A DNA stretch of 64,000 bases from Octopus vulgaris. Lineage: Eukaryota. Below are positions 13,192 through 27,039 of the stretch, piece by piece. The stretch lies in assembly GCA_951406725.2 (NCBI GenBank), contig OX597830.1, forward strand, positions 78,864,001 through 78,928,000, given 5' to 3'. The notes below the pieces were generated by a model that had not been told where the DNA came from, did not search any database, and was given only the letters and a program-made list of their open reading frames with translations. The translations under genes and the position numbers were made by a program. Position 1 is the stretch's first letter. Each line of letters begins with the position of its first letter.

Positions 13192-14147
13192 TATATACAC
13201 TCACGCCTACCTCCTCACACACACATATACACACATGTAATTCCTTGATGGTGTATTCGTCTATTAGATTAAATCCAATTAGGTTTCATTCCATTTCATC
13301 TAATTTGATATCGTTTCATATTATTTCCATTCTTTCATTGATATCCCTATTTGTCACTATATTCTCATTACTGTTATCATTTTACGTTATATCAGATGTA
13401 AATAACTGTATTTTTTCCCTCTATTTTCACCGTTACACAGAGATGGACAATCTCTACGAAAAGGGAAAAAAGAAAAATCTGTCGTCTGCCGTGCATGATG
13501 CAGAAAGCAAACGAGAGCGGCGTTGGATGATGGCAGCCATTTTGGAGTGGGGTTTTTCGTCTTTTGCTGTGTTGGTTGTTGTTGTTGTTGTGTTTTGTTT
13601 TTGTTCCTGTTAGAAATAAATATGTCGTCCCGTCGTGTGTCTTGTCTGATCGAGACGTTTGGTTGTGATAGCGACAAGCTTGTTGGAACACAATCAAATT
13701 GGATGTTAGTGTCAGTCTTAACTTTCTTGGCCACATGTCAAACGGACCGAGAAAAGAGAGAAAGGGAGAAAGAAGAGAGAGAGAGAGAGGAAGGAAGAGA
13801 GAGAGAGAGGGGGGGACAGAAACAGTGACGGACAGAGATAGAAACAGGGAGAGTTGGGTGGAGAGAAGGAAATTTAAGTGGGTTATGTTGTGTTAAACCT
13901 GTGTGTGAATGTATACATGTATGTGTGTGTGTGTATGACTCGTGGTGGTGGTGGTGCTTTGGTGGGTGGTGGAGACGGTGGGGCGGTAGGAGGATGAGAA
14001 GAATAGAAAGAGAAAAGAAAAACGAAAAGGAAAGAATGAAAAGAAGAGAATTAATTAAAGTACTGTAAAGCATATAGAAAGAAGAATAAAAGGAAGGAAA
14101 AGAGAAGAAAGATAGAGAGAAGGAGATACATAGACAGATCGACAAAC

Positions 14148-14220
<73 letters not shown>

Positions 14221-14885
14221 CATAGATAGAAAAGTTGGAAAACGAATACTGATGCGGAAAAAAGAAAAGAAAGAAGGAAAGAAAGAAGATAAGAAAGAAA
14301 GTGACAAGAAAGATAAAAAAATAAATAAAAGAAGACAGCCAAAATAGAATGAAAGAGAAAAACAATAGAAGGAAAGAAAGAAGTTCATTTTTATCTTCTT
14401 CTCCACCTCTCACGCGCACGCGCGCGCACACACATTCTCTCTCTTTCTCACTCCCTCCATACGCTATCTCTATCATATCGCATTGCTCCTTCTGTCTATA
14501 TGTATCCGATTTCTCTCCTCTTTTCCCTCTCCCCTTCCCCATTTTCCTAATCTCTCTTTCTCTCTCTTTATCTCTCAGTCTCTCTCCTTCTCTCCCTCCC
14601 TCTCTCCCTCTCTCTCTCTCTCACTCTTTCTCTCTCATAAATCTCAGTGTAATTCTACCAACGTTTACCAAAACTATAAAAGCTATTAAAGCAGACGACA
14701 GATATTTATGTAATGGAGTAAGTGTGGCTTGAACACCTAACGGAAGCGGAAGTGGGTGTGGCTGAAATAAAATTTTAAAAATAGTGAGACAGAGAATGTA
14801 ACTGGAAGAAAAGCATAAGTAAATAAATAGCCGAATGATCAACGGGACGAATAGGGATGTGTCTCAGAAGAAGAGAAAGAGAGTC

Positions 14886-14935
<50 letters not shown>

Positions 14936-14951
14936 CGACAGACAGACAGCG

Positions 14952-14994
<43 letters not shown>

Positions 14995-15048
14995 TGGTGG
15001 TGGTGGTGGTGGCAGAGAGAGAGAAAGCGACAGACAGACAGCGGAGTG

Positions 15049-15113
<65 letters not shown>

Positions 15114-15191
15114 TGAGTTGGTGGTGGTGATAGTGGTGGTGGCAGAGAGAGAGAAAGCGACAGACAGACAGCGCAGCAGTAGTAGTAGTAT

Positions 15192-15242
<51 letters not shown>

Positions 15243-15948
15243 AGGTGGTGGTGGTGGTGGTAGTGGTGGTGGTGGTGGTTGGGGTGGTGGTGGTGGTGGT
15301 GGTTGGGGTGGTGGTGAGGGGGGAATAGAGATAGGAAAATGAATTACTACGTGAAGGCAACGTCACTTCTTTTTTCCTTGACGAGAAATATATTCCAACA
15401 CACCCCACCGAAACTGTTGAACTAAAAGAAAGAGATATTACCTAAATGCACCCATGAGAATAAATACAAGATACCTTAATATATCATTTATAATTATAGA
15501 CGTGATGTTATATTGAAAACACGATTGTAGATGATGCCCTTTAGTATTCTAACTGCTCACCTATGGAAAGATAACTCTGTCAAATCCTACAATCTAATAA
15601 CCACTGCCTCCTTCGCGGTACTTGTTGCATCAGACCAATACAAATTTGAAAAGCGAGAAATTGAGACTTGTTGCGCACAAACCACATCCGTTTTTATAAT
15701 TGTTTCAAGTTTTGGCACAGGGTCAAAAGATTTTGATGCGAGAAAGGAGGTCGATTACATCGACCCCGATACTTGATTGTAACTTATTTTATCGATTTCG
15801 AAAGAATGAATGACAAAGGCGACCTGCTGCCTTATCTGGAAGAGGGGTTCTAAGGCAGATATGGTTATACTTAACTAATAAAAGGTTAACCATAAACGGT
15901 TGACATCACAAACTAGACTCAAAATACAATGAGAAAAATACAAGATTG

Positions 15949-16379
15949 GGATCTGTTCGGTTTGAACAGCAGTTTTTTAACATAATTTCCACGTAACTAA
16001 ACACTTTTAAACTTCGTATACTGGTAGAATGTGTTTATAAAACATCTTTTTATCTTGGCTTTATTGAGAAAAATACAAGATTGTAAGATATTTGTTGTTG
16101 TTTTTTCTTCAATTTCTGCATTTCAAACAATCAATGACGTCTATTGAGGTAAAAAAACATTCTGTGCCGTATGAATATGTCCCTCGTTTAAGAAACAGAT
16201 TGGGTTTATTTACATTTCTGAAGAAAAAAAGATACCCTTCCCCCCACCCCTAACCCTAGCCCTAACCCTAACCCTGAAACAGATTGAAATGCAATAGATC
16301 GATACTAGGGTCATAATTATGGGTGACAATTTCATATGACACCGCTAGAAAAAAACTGCCGTTCAAACCGAAAAGATCC
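15949..16379. mobile_element. Non-autonomous DNA transposon (MITE), GGATC...GATCC TIRs, 8-bp TSD, internal (CCCTAA)n
   Basis: About 28-bp TIRs GGATCTGTTCGGTTTGAACAGCAGTTTT / AAAACTGCCGTTCAAACCGAAAAGATCC. TSD CAAGATTG on both sides. Confidence 0.9.
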
Positions 16380-16719
16380 CAAGATTGTGCTGGCGTAGGT
16401 GTGTGCTTCATGATTCAAGGGAAGATGTTAACCAGTAAAAAGGAAACTCTAAATGGCTCATATCACGTATTACACTAAAAATACATTGAATGCGTAAGAA
16501 TACGGGACAGTGGCCTAAATTATTCTATTCAACATACAAATGAGATATGATGATGAGTGGCAAAGGTCGTGGTGGTTGCTAAGGGACTCCCGATAGTATA
16601 ATATCAATAGTTACACGTATGATTACGAACCAAGGAACTTTGAAACCATGAAATTTGACTGAAGAAACCATGAAATTTGACTGAAGAAAAAAAATTTCGT
16701 AAAATATACGAAAATAAAT

Positions 16720-16792
16720 CATCCCTGGTGGGATTCGAACCCACGGCCTCTGGATTAGAAGTCCAGCGCGCTATCCCCTGCGCTACAGGGAC
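16720..16792 (-). tRNA. tRNA-Arg-TCT: tRNA-Arg(TCT), intronless, T-stem GTGGG/CCCAC
   Basis: Full cloverleaf on the minus strand, anticodon loop CTTCTAA, T-tract just downstream. Confidence 0.96.
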
Positions 16793-17137
16793 TTACAAGT
16801 TCAAAGGCTGCTTATTATATATTTGTTTAGTGGTGAAGTGGACTAGCGAGGAGGAGGAGGAAGGGGAAGGGAGGACGATTTAAAGTGTAAGAGAATCAAT
16901 TAAAGAGAGGTGGGTGGAATGAGAAAATAATTTGAAGAATGAGAAAGAAGAAAGAGAGGGAGAGAAAGAAAGACACGATGTTACTGAGAGTAAGGATGGG
17001 GAGGGGTTAGAGGTACAATCAAAGAAAGAAAATCAAGAATCAATTAGTGAGAGGAGGTAGAGGTTCAGAGAAAATGGTAAAGGAGCCAGAGAGGAAGAAA
17101 GTTAATTATAGGAAGATGAAGAGATTAAGAGATTGAA

Positions 17138-17220
<83 letters not shown>

Positions 17221-17235
17221 AAAAGAAAGAGAGAT

Positions 17236-17267
<32 letters not shown>

Positions 17268-17624
17268 TGAGAGCAGAGTAGCCTTGAAGAGAAGTAGTGA
17301 TACGTTGGCAAAGAGATTTTGAAGAAGAGAGAGAAGTAGAGAGGGGAGCCTACAAAGAGAGAGAGCAAAGGGGAGATAATGACTGGGTGACATAGAGACG
17401 AAAAGGCAAGGGAGAATAGAGTGATCGAGAGAGGGATCAAGACGGAGAAGTACAAAGGAGGAGGAGGACGAGGAAGAGAACGATGAGGAGGAGAATGACG
17501 AGAAGGACGAGGTGGACAAAGGCGCGGAGGAGGAGGAGGAGGAGGAAGGGGAAGGGGAGGAGAACGACGAGGAAGAGGAAGAGGAATGGGGAGGAAGGTG
17601 CTCGGGATCATTCTCACAGCTTCC

Positions 17625-18200
17625 TCCATCTTCAAGACGACCGCCCCGGAGGTCCTCTTTCAGCTTGAGGAGCACTAAAAGTCGCAAGGCGCAAGGTCTG
17701 AACTATAGGTAGGATGAGAAACAATTCTGAGACCCATCTTTGTAACCAAGGCGCACCTCACTAAGCAGCCTGGGAACAAATTTTGCACAAATTTTGTGCA
17801 TGTTTAGTTGTTCGTGAATAATTCTGTGTACAGTTGCCACACCAACTCCAAACTGTATGCTTATTATCTTTATATATTTCTTTACTGCCCACAAGGGGCT
17901 AAGCATAGAGGGGACAAACAAGGATAGACACACGGATTAAGTCGATTACATCGATCCCAGTGCGTAACTGGTACTTTATTTATCGACCCCGAAAGGATGA
18001 AAGGCAAAGTCGACCTCGGCGGAATTTGAACTCAGGACGTAACGACAGACGAAATACGGCTACGCATTTCGCCCGGCATGCTAACGTTTCTGCCACTCGC
18101 CGCCTTATTATCTTTATAGACAAACGACAGCCTTCATCCAAAAAATTGCCAATTGTCTCAACCACCTCTGATGTTCTGATGCCCCACACCGTGATTCGAT
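17625..18200 (-). mobile_element. mariner (DD34D) transposase relic, internally deleted and split by a SINE
   Basis: VGVATVHRIIHEQLNMHKICAKFVPRLL (HTH and WVP-like motif) and HPTYSSDLAPCDF..KLKEDLRGGRLED. Paralog at about 22760-23055. Confidence 0.8.
17875..18104 (-). mobile_element. tRNA-derived SINE family 1 with 14-bp TSD
   Basis: Head GGCGGCGAGTGGCAGAAACGTTAGC...GAGTTCAAATTCC (A/B boxes). TSD TTATTATCTTTATA at 17861-74 and 18105-18. Empty site in the paralog at about 22980. Confidence 0.9.
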
Positions 18201-18862
18201 TCCCTGCTGGGGAAGCAATTTAGCAAGGCGCAGGCGTGGGTGTGTGATAAGAAACTTGCTTCCCGACCACCTGGTTCCGGGTTCTGTTCCTCTGCGTGGC
18301 ACCTTGGGCAAAATGTCTTCTACTATAGGCTCTGGCTGACCAAAGCCTTGTGAGTAGATTTGGTAGACGAAAACTGAAAGAAGCCAGTGTATGTGTACGT
18401 GTGTGCCATCACCGCTTGATAAGCGTTGTTGATGTGTCTATGCTCCTGTAACTTAACGGTTCGTCAAATATCGATAGAATAAGCACCAGGCTTTAAAAGC
18501 AAAACAAAACAGAAATCCTAGGGTGGATTCATTCGACTAAAAATTCAAGGTGGTGCCCCAGCATGACAGCAGTCTAATGACTGAAACAAGTAAAAGAGAA
18601 ACCCAACAGGAAAATATGTCCTGTTATAATTAACCAATATTTTTTAAAAAATCAATCATAAATAGTTGATATGACGAATTGGACTTCGAATGCGTAAGAA
18701 CTTGTGATTTAAATTATTCTATTCAACTTGCAAATGATACCTGATGATGATTGCTAAACGATTCCCAACAGTATGGTCATTGCAGGTGTAGTTACATAGT
18801 AAGGAACATTGTTTCATAACGCTGAAAGTTTTAAGAAAAATTTCCAAAACATGAAAGTCAAT

Positions 18863-18935
18863 CATCCCTGGTGAGATTCGAACTCACGGCCTCTGGATTA
18901 GAAGTCCAGCGCGCTATCCCCTGCGCTACAGGGAC
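18863..18935 (-). tRNA. tRNA-Arg-TCT: tRNA-Arg(TCT), intronless, GTGAG/CTCAC variant
   Basis: Identical to the 12039 gene, in inverted orientation. Confidence 0.96.
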
Positions 18936-19297
18936 TTACAGAATGTGTTGCTGCATCTTATATATTTGTTTAGTCGTGAAATGGTATAGAGAGGAGAAAG
19001 GGGAGGGTGGAGTGATTTTGAGAGTGAGAGAATTAAGTAGTGAGAGAGGGGGAGTAGAGAAAAAGGAATTGCATGAGTAAGTCATGAGAAGACTGAGAAG
19101 CAGCAAAGCGAGCGGGAGAAAGAAAGATACAGGAATATTGAGTGTAAGGATAGGGAGAGGGCAGAGGTAGAAATAAAGAATGAAAAGCTAAGAAGCAATT
19201 AATGAGAGGAGGCAGACGGTCAGAGGGAAATAGTGAGTAAGGCAAAGAGGAAGAGAGAAGGTTAATTACAAAGAGATAAAGAGTAAGAGATTGTAAG

Positions 19298-20078
19298 AGT
19301 GAGAGAGAGTGAGTGAGTGAGTGAGTGAGTGAGTGAGTGAGTGAGTGAGTGAGAAAGTGAGTGAGTGAGTGAGTGAGTGAGAGAGAGACTGAGTGAGTGA
19401 GTGAGTGAGTGAGTGAGTGAGTGAGTGAGTGAGTGAGTGAGTGAGAGAGTGAGTGAGCGAGTGAGTTAGTGAGTGAGTGAGAGGGTGAGTGAGTGAGTGA
19501 GTGAGATGGTGAGCGAGTGAGTGAGTGAGAGAGTGAGTGAGCGAGTGAGTGAGTGAGTGAGTGAGTGAGTGAGTGAGTGAGAGGGTGAGTGAGTGAGTGA
19601 GATGGTGAGCGAGTGTGTGAGTGAGAGAGTGAGTGAGTGAGTGAGTGATTGAGAGAGTGAGAAAGTGAGTGAGTGAGTGAGTGAGTGAGATGGTGAGCGT
19701 GTGAGTGAGTGAGTGAGTGAGTGAGTGAGAGACTGAGTGAGTGAGTGAGAGAGTGAGTGAGCGAGTGAGTTAGTGAGTGAGTGAGAGGGTGAGTGAGTGA
19801 GTGAGTGAGATGGTAAGCGAGTGAGTGAGTGAGAGAGTGAGTGAGCGAGTGAGTGAGTGAGTGAGTGAGTGAGTGAGTGAGTGAGTGAGTGAGAGGATGA
19901 GTGAGTGAGTGAGATGGTGAGCGAGTGTGTGAGTGAGAGAGTGAGTGAGTGAGTGAGTGATTGAGAGAGTGAGAAAGTGAGTGAGTGAGTGAGTGAGTGA
20001 GTGAGTGAGATGGTGAGCGAGTGAGTGAGTGAGTGAGTGAGTGAGTGAGTGAGTGAGTGAGAGAGTGAGTGAGTGAGA
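19298..20078. repeat. (GAGT)n microsatellite with higher-order variants; shorter paralog at 23460-23620
   Basis: Direct reading. Confidence 0.95.
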
Positions 20079-20485
20079 GCAGTGTAGCTATGAGGAGAAG
20101 TAGTGACACGGTGGCAAAGAGATTTTGAAGAATAGAGGGGAGCAGAACTAGAATGTGCTAGGTAGCGATTTAGATTATTTTATTCAACCTGCAACCGGTA
20201 CCAGATTATTGCTTAAGGATTCTCAATAATATGATCATTGCAGGTGTGGTTACAAATCAAGGAACATTGTTTCATAACCATGAAATTTGACGAAAAATTT
20301 TAATAAAACCTACTCGTTGGAATTCAACAAAATTTCCACAGAAGGATTGCATCAGTTATATGCGAGTGGTGTGTAAAAATGTGAGGTTTTGCCCAAGTGT
20401 AAACAAACCGCGGCCATTTGTATGATTTCCACGAACTTTCAGTGTTTTCGAAATTATTAACGAGTGGTCGGATAATCGTGTAATT

Positions 20486-21340
20486 ATGGGTCGTAAATGT
20501 GTGACTTAACTGCTTCAGAGAAATCTGTTGTTACTTGTGAACAGGTAAAAGGTAAATCAACATTAGAAATATTTGAAATAATTGGAAGATATCGCAAGTC
20601 TGTAAAAAAAATTGTTACAGCTCCTACGAAGACACTTAAGAGAGCCGACAAAGGTCAGCCGATGGCTGTTTCTCAACGTTCTCAGCGTGAAGCTGTAAAG
20701 AAACCGAGTTTTGCAACTGGAGAACTTTTCAAGAGCTTTGGTGTAACAACTATGTCCAGAACTACCCGTTGTCCTTTCCTGAAAAAGGTCTGTAAACCAG
20801 TGACATCAGTTAAAATGCCTTCTTTATACAAAATACACATACAAAATCGTCTGAAATTGGCAGAAGATAACATGAAGGTCGACTTTTCGAAAGTTTTGCT
20901 TGCGAACGTGACTTGTGCTACACTTGATGGACCTGATGGTCGGAGCAAGGGATTGGTGGTAAATGGACAAGGTCGTCAACAGTTGAGACGCCAACAAGGG
21001 GGAGGAGGCGTCATAATTTGCGCAGGTATTATTGGAAATGTTATGGTTGGTCCTTGGAAAGTGCCTGACGGTGTTAAAATGACTGCGGATGCTTACATAC
21101 CCTTTCTGGGGGAGCACCTCGAACCTTGGTTAAAATAGTAAAGGATCACCTTCAAGACAACTATGATATTCATGCAAGATAATGCATTCTCGCCCTCAGT
21201 GAAGAAAACTACAGAGTATCAGCAACAATCAGGATTCTGTGGACTTCGGAAGATGAAGCCTCTTCCCCCGAATTACACGCAATAGAAAACTTATGAAGTA
21301 TTCTAAAGCGATGAGTTTACGAGAATGGACGCCAATTTAG
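20486..21340 (+). pseudogene. Tc1-family DDE transposase remnant
   Basis: MGRK start at 20486, then a frameshift. Motifs LDGPDG, RRQQGGGGV, AGIIGNVMVGPWKVPDGVKM, and after an in-frame stop IFMQDNA. First catalytic D region is mutated (LLAN). Confidence 0.85.
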
Positions 21341-21973
21341 GAGCAAAACGAAACGTGGCAAGCAACAGTGGCTGTATCTCGTGGTACAACATCAGAGGAG
21401 ATCCAGAAATTATCGTGTACGGAATACACAAAGCCGAAAAAGTGACTGGATGGTCATAGTCGGAGAGCCTTTTATCCATAACTAACATTAAGTTTCTTTT
21501 GTTTTATTTTTTTACTTGTTCTAGTCTTTGGACTGTGGCTATGCTGGGACACCGATTTGAAGGGTTTTAGTCAAACGAATCGACCCGAGTACTTACTTTT
21601 AAGACTGGTAGTCATTCTAATGATCTCTTTTGCCGAACCACTAGAATACATGGGGACGAAAACAAACCAAAAATGGTTGTCAAAAACGTGTGTGTGTGTA
21701 TGTGTTTATGTGTTTGTGTGTGTGTTTAGGTGTTTGTGTGTGTGTTATACATAAAAGGCACAGATGTGGCCTTGTGGTAAGAAGTTTGTTTCCCAGCCAT
21801 ATGGACCCGGGATCAGTCCCACTGCGTGGTACCATATGTAAGTGTGGTTGCTAAGGGACTCCCGATAGTATAATATCAATAGTTACACGTATGATTACGA
21901 ACCAAGGAACTCTGTTTCATAATCATGAAATTTGACTGAAGAAAAACATTTCGTAAAATATATGAAAATAAAT

Positions 21974-22046
21974 CATCCCTGGTGGGATTCGAACCCACGG
22001 CCTCTGGATTAGAAGTCCAGCGCGCTATCCCCTGCGCTACAGGGAC
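21974..22046 (-). tRNA. tRNA-Arg-TCT: tRNA-Arg(TCT), intronless
   Basis: Identical to the 16720 gene, with duplicated flanks. Confidence 0.96.
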
Positions 22047-23301
22047 TTACAAATTCAAAGGCTGCTTATTATATATTTGTTTAGTAGTGAAGTGGAAAGC
22101 GAGGAGGAAGAGGAAGGGAGGGCGATTTAAAGAGTAAGAGAATCAATTAAAGAGAGGTGGGAGGAATGAGAAAATAATTTGAAGAATGAGAAGCAAGGAA
22201 GAGAGGGAGAGAAAGAAAGACACAATGTTATTAAGAGTAAGGATGGTGAGAGGTTAGAGGTGCAATCAAAGAAAGAAAATCAAGAATTAATTAGTAAGAG
22301 GAGGTAGAGGTTCAGAGAAAATGGTAAAGGAGCCAGAGAGGAAGAAAGTTAATTATAGGAAGATGAAGAGATTAAGAGATTGAAAGAGAGAGAGAGAGAG
22401 AGAGTGAGAGAGAGAGTGAGAGCAGAGTAGCCTTGAAGAGAAGTAGTGATACGTTGGCAAAGAGATTTTGAAGAAGAGAGAGAAGGAGAGAGGGGAGCCT
22501 ACAAAGAGAGAGAGCAAAGGGGAGATAATGACTGGGTGACATAGAGACGAAAAGGCAAGGGAGAACAGAGTGATCGAGAGAGGGATCAAGACGGAGAAGT
22601 ACAAAGGAGGAGGAGGGCGAGGAGGACGAGGTGAACAAAGGCAGGTAGGAAGGATGGTGGAGGAGGAGGAGGAGGAGGAGGAAGGGGAGGAGAACGATGA
22701 GGAAGAGGAAGGGGAATGGGAAGGAAGGTGCTCGGGATCATTCTCACAGCTTCCTCCATCTTCAAGACGACCGCCCCGGAGGTCCTCCTTCAGCTTGGGG
22801 AGCACTAAAAGTCGCAAGGCGCAAGGTCTGAACTATAGGTAGGATGAAAGACAATTCTGATACCCATCTTTGTAACCAAGACGCACCTCACTAAGCAACC
22901 TGGGAACAAATTTTGTGCATGTTTAGATGTTCGTGAATAATTCTGTGTACAGTTGCCACACCAACTCCAAACTGTATACTTATTTTCTTCATAGACAAAC
23001 GACAGTCTTCATCCAAAAAAAAAAAAATACAAATTGTCTCAACCACCTCTGATGTCGTGAGTAGATTTGGTAGACGGAAACTGAAAGAAGCCAGTGTATG
23101 TGTGTGTGTGTGTCCCATCACCGCTTGATAAACGGTGTTGATGTGTCTATGCTCCCGTAACCCAACGGTTCGTCAAAGATCGATAGAATAAGCACCAGGC
23201 TTCCCAACAGTATTATCATTGCAGGTGTAGTTACGTAGTAAGGAACATTGTTTCATAATACTGAAAGTTTTAAGAAAAATTTCTAAAACATGAAAGTCGA
23301 T

Positions 23302-23374
23302 CATCCCTGGTGAGATTCGAACTCACGGCCTCTGGATTAGAAGTCCAGCGCGCTATCCCCTGCGCTACAGGGAC
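23302..23374 (-). tRNA. tRNA-Arg-TCT: tRNA-Arg(TCT), intronless, GTGAG/CTCAC variant
   Basis: Identical to the 18863 gene, with duplicated flanks. Confidence 0.96.
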
Positions 23375-24457
23375 TTACAGAATGTGTTGCTGCATCTTAT
23401 ATATTTGTTTAGTTGTGAAATGGTATAGAGTGGAGAAAGGGGAGGGTAGAGTGATTTTGAGAGTGAGAGAGTGAATGGGTGAGAGAGTGAATGAGTGAGA
23501 GAGTGAGTGAGTGACTTGTGAGTGAGTGATTGAGTGAGTGAGTGGGTGAGTGGGTGAGTGGGTGAGTGAGTGAGTGAGTGAGTGAGTGAGTGACTTGTGA
23601 GTGAGTGAGTGAGTGAGAGCATTGTAGCCATGAGGAGAAGTAGTGACACGGTGTCAAAGAGATTTTGAAGAACTGAGGGAACAAAACTAGAATGTGCTAG
23701 GTAGCGGTTTAGATTATTTCATTCAATCTGCAAACGGTACCAGATTATTGCTAAAGGATTATCAATAATATGATCATTGCAGGTGTGGTTACAAGCCAAA
23801 GAAACATTGTTTCATAACCATGAAATTTGACGAAAAATTTTAATAAAACCTACTCGTTGGAATTCAACAAGATTTCCACAGAATGATTGCATCAGTTATA
23901 TGCGAGTGGTGTGTAAAAATGTGAGGTTTTGCACAAGTGTAACCAAACTGCGGCCATTTGTATGATTTCCGCGAACTTTCAGTATTCGAAATTATTAACG
24001 AGTGGTCTGATAATCGTGTAATTATGTAATTGTTTTATTTTTTTACTTGTTCTAGTCTTTGGACTGTGGCCATGCTGGGACACCGCTTTGAAGGGTTTTA
24101 GTCAAACGAATCGACCCGAGTACTTACTTTTAAGACTGGTAGTCATTCTAATGATCTCTTTTGCCGGACCACTAGAATATATGGGGACGAAAACAAACCA
24201 ACGCTGGTTGTCAAGTGGTGGTGGAGGGTGAACATGAACACACACACATACACACAGAACGTGTGTGTGTGTGCGTGTGTGTTTGTGTTATATACATAAA
24301 AGGCACAGATGTGGCCGTGTGGTAAGAAGTTTGTTTCCCAGCCACATAGTCCAGGGATCAATCCCACTGCGTGGTACCTTGTGTGTCTTCTGTTACAGCC
24401 TTGAGCCGGCCAAGGCCTTGTCAGTGGATTTGGTAGACGGAAACTAAAAGAAGCTCG

Positions 24458-24506
<49 letters not shown>

Positions 24507-24886
24507 TTTGTTTGTTTGTTTGTCCGCCACTACCGCTTGACAACCGGTGTTGATGCGATTACGTCCCCGTAACTAAACAGTTCGATACAATGCTTTAAAG
24601 AGAAATAGAAATCTTAGGGTCGATTCATTCGAGTACAAACTAAAGGTGGTACCCCAGCATGACCGCAGTCTAATGATTGAAAGAGACAAAAGAGAAACCA
24701 GTATTAAAAAATAAATCATAAATGGTTGATATCTCGAATTGGACTTCAAATACATTTAATGCCTAAGAACTGTACAAGAATGTGCTAGATAGTGGTTTAA
24801 ATTATTCTATTCAACATGCAAACGATAGTTATAAAGAAAGGAACATTGTTTCATACGAAAATTTTCTAAAATATATGAACGTAAAT

Positions 24887-24959
24887 CATCCCTGGTGGGA
24901 TTCGAACCCACGACCTCTGGATTAGAAGTCCAGCGCGCTATCCCCTGCGCTACAGAGAC
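24887..24959 (-). tRNA. tRNA-Arg-TCT: tRNA-Arg(TCT), intronless, 5' GTCTCTG variant
   Basis: Full cloverleaf, T4:G69 wobble, variable loop AGGTC. Confidence 0.95.
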
Positions 24960-25274
24960 TTACGAAGTACGCAGCCGTTTATTATGTATTTGTTTAGTTG
25001 TCAAATGGAATAGCGTGGAGAAGGAGGAGGGTAGAATGATTTAGAGAGTGAGAGAGAAAATCAAGTAGAGAGAGGGGAAGGAGTGAAAGCGTAATCACAA
25101 GAGTGTAAGCAGCAAAGAGAGGAGGAAAAAGAAAGATACAGGAATATTGAGTGTAAGGATAGGGAGAGGGCAGAGTTACAAATACAGAATGAAAAGCTAA
25201 GAAGCAATTAGTGAGAGGAGTCAAACGGTCAGAGGAAATAGTGAGTAAGGCAAAGAGGAAGAGAGAAAGTTAAT

Positions 25275-25709
25275 TATACCCCCCACCCCCCAGAATTGAA
25301 GTGGTTTCATGGCAAAGAATCGATCAATGTACCTTTTTACGCCATCCAAGGAATTGAAATTTTTACCATTAAGACTATTTTGCAGAGACCTGAATAAGTG
25401 GAAATCCGAAGGAGCAATATCTGGTGAATATGGAAGGTGGGGTAACACATCCCAGCCGAGCTGCAGCAATTTTTGTCTGGTTCCCAAAGCATCAAGTGCC
25501 GAAAATGAACTTTCTTATCTTCCATATTAAAGGGTTACAGAATTAACACAGGTTATAGGAACATAAACCTTCTTCCACGAAAAGATAGCTTAAATTGTGC
25601 TCTAAATGGAGGTGTAGTCAAATCCTATTTCATGGACTCAACCATGTTCTAAAATAAGACGAAAGGTAAGCAACTATAAATCGGCACGAACTTTCCGAAC
25701 AACCCAATA
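25275..25709 (-). mobile_element. mariner (DD34D) relic with 5' TIR
   Basis: WDVLPHLPYSPDIAPSDFHLFRSLQNSL. TA-TTGGGTTGTTCGGAAAGTTCGTGCCG terminus at 25709. Confidence 0.85.
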
Positions 25710-25918
25710 GATAGATAGATAGATATGTTTCTTTATTAGCCACACAGGGCTGCACGCAGACGGGACAAATTACAAGGTAGAGCTTTTCTTTTGGGGGATA
25801 AAAAAAAGGTGGGTTGGTTTTCGATCAAAAGGGATCGTAAATGGAAAGAAAGGGGAATGCAAACAAAAGAATAATAAATATAATAAAAGATAGATAGATA
25901 GATAGATACATACATACA

Positions 25919-25954
<36 letters not shown>

Positions 25955-25970
25955 CACTCACACACACACG

Positions 25971-26011
<41 letters not shown>

Positions 26012-26594
26012 TTAGCATAAGTTTATGGAGAGATTTTATCTCAGACAATTCCACACTTTCCTATCTTCTAACAGCGTATATATATTTGGTATGATACATA
26101 ATAGCAATCTTAATTTAATGCTGCTTCGATTGCGTAAACCGAGTTTTCCTACAACACAGAAAGCTTCCGCAATACCGCTATTCTCTCTACATCAAGGCAC
26201 GACATTCGTTTAAGCGGAACACGATCGAGAGCACAGCATTAACAAGCCCCAAGAAAGACGAAACGGATCTGTCGTTTTCTTGAGTCGCTGCAGTGACGAT
26301 GTTCGTCTCGTTCAAATATATATTGTGTTTTTAACACAAGTCTAGGAAGAGACTGTATCACAAACAATTCCACAACATCATGTCTTCAAACGGTGTATAT
26401 ATACCACTAAGTATGATATACAAATGGCAGTATTAATCTTTTCTTTTATATTTCCCTACAAACTGTGGATGTCTGTGTCATATATTCGATATTTTTGCAT
26501 TACCTGAAGATTTGTTCCAAACAACAGGGTAATAAAAAAGTAGGACTATTTTCTCCTGAAAAATACTTTATTGGTAGCACTAGTAGTAGTATTG

Positions 26595-27039
26595 GGATCT
26601 TTTCGGTTTGAATGGCAGTTTTTTAAAATAATTTCTACGTAACTAAACACTTTTAAACTTCGTATACTTGTAGAATGTATTTATAAATATCTTTTTCTCT
26701 TGGCTTTATTGAGAAAATTCTGTAGTTTGTAAGATATTTGTTGTTGTTTTTTTCTTCAATTTCTGCAATTTCAACCAATCAATGACGTCTATTGAGGTGA
26801 AAACATTCTGTGCTGTATGAAAATGTCCCTCGTTTAAGAAACAGATTGGGTTTATTTACATTTCTGAAGAAAAAAAGATACCCTTCCCCCACCCCTAACC
26901 CTAACCCGAACAAACCCTAACTCTAACCCTAACCCTAAAATAGATTGAAATGCAATAGATCGATACTAGGGTCATAATTATGGGTGACAATTTCATATGA
27001 CACCGCTAGAAAAAACTACCGTTCAAACCGAAAAGATCC
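26595..27039. mobile_element. Same MITE family, independent insertion
   Basis: Same TIRs and body as 15949. TSD TAGTATTG/TAGTTTTG (7 of 8 match). Confidence 0.9.

Larger units (their letters stand above)
16570..24400. repeat. Direct segmental duplication (about 16570-21845 vs about 21845-24400) carrying two tRNA-Arg genes per copy
   Basis: ggttgctaagggactcccgatagtataatatc recurs at about 16574 and 21846, followed by collinear tRNA, mariner relic, tRNA and (GAGT)n. The second copy lacks the SINE at 17875 and the Tc1 body. Confidence 0.9.

Noticed and set aside
16247-16276. (CCCTAA)n as a telomere or fusion scar
   Set aside because: Only a few units, always internal to the MITE family.
20497-21138. 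213-aa ORF as an active or domesticated transposase
   Set aside because: Frameshift after MGRK, mutated first catalytic motif, and a stop before the second Asp.
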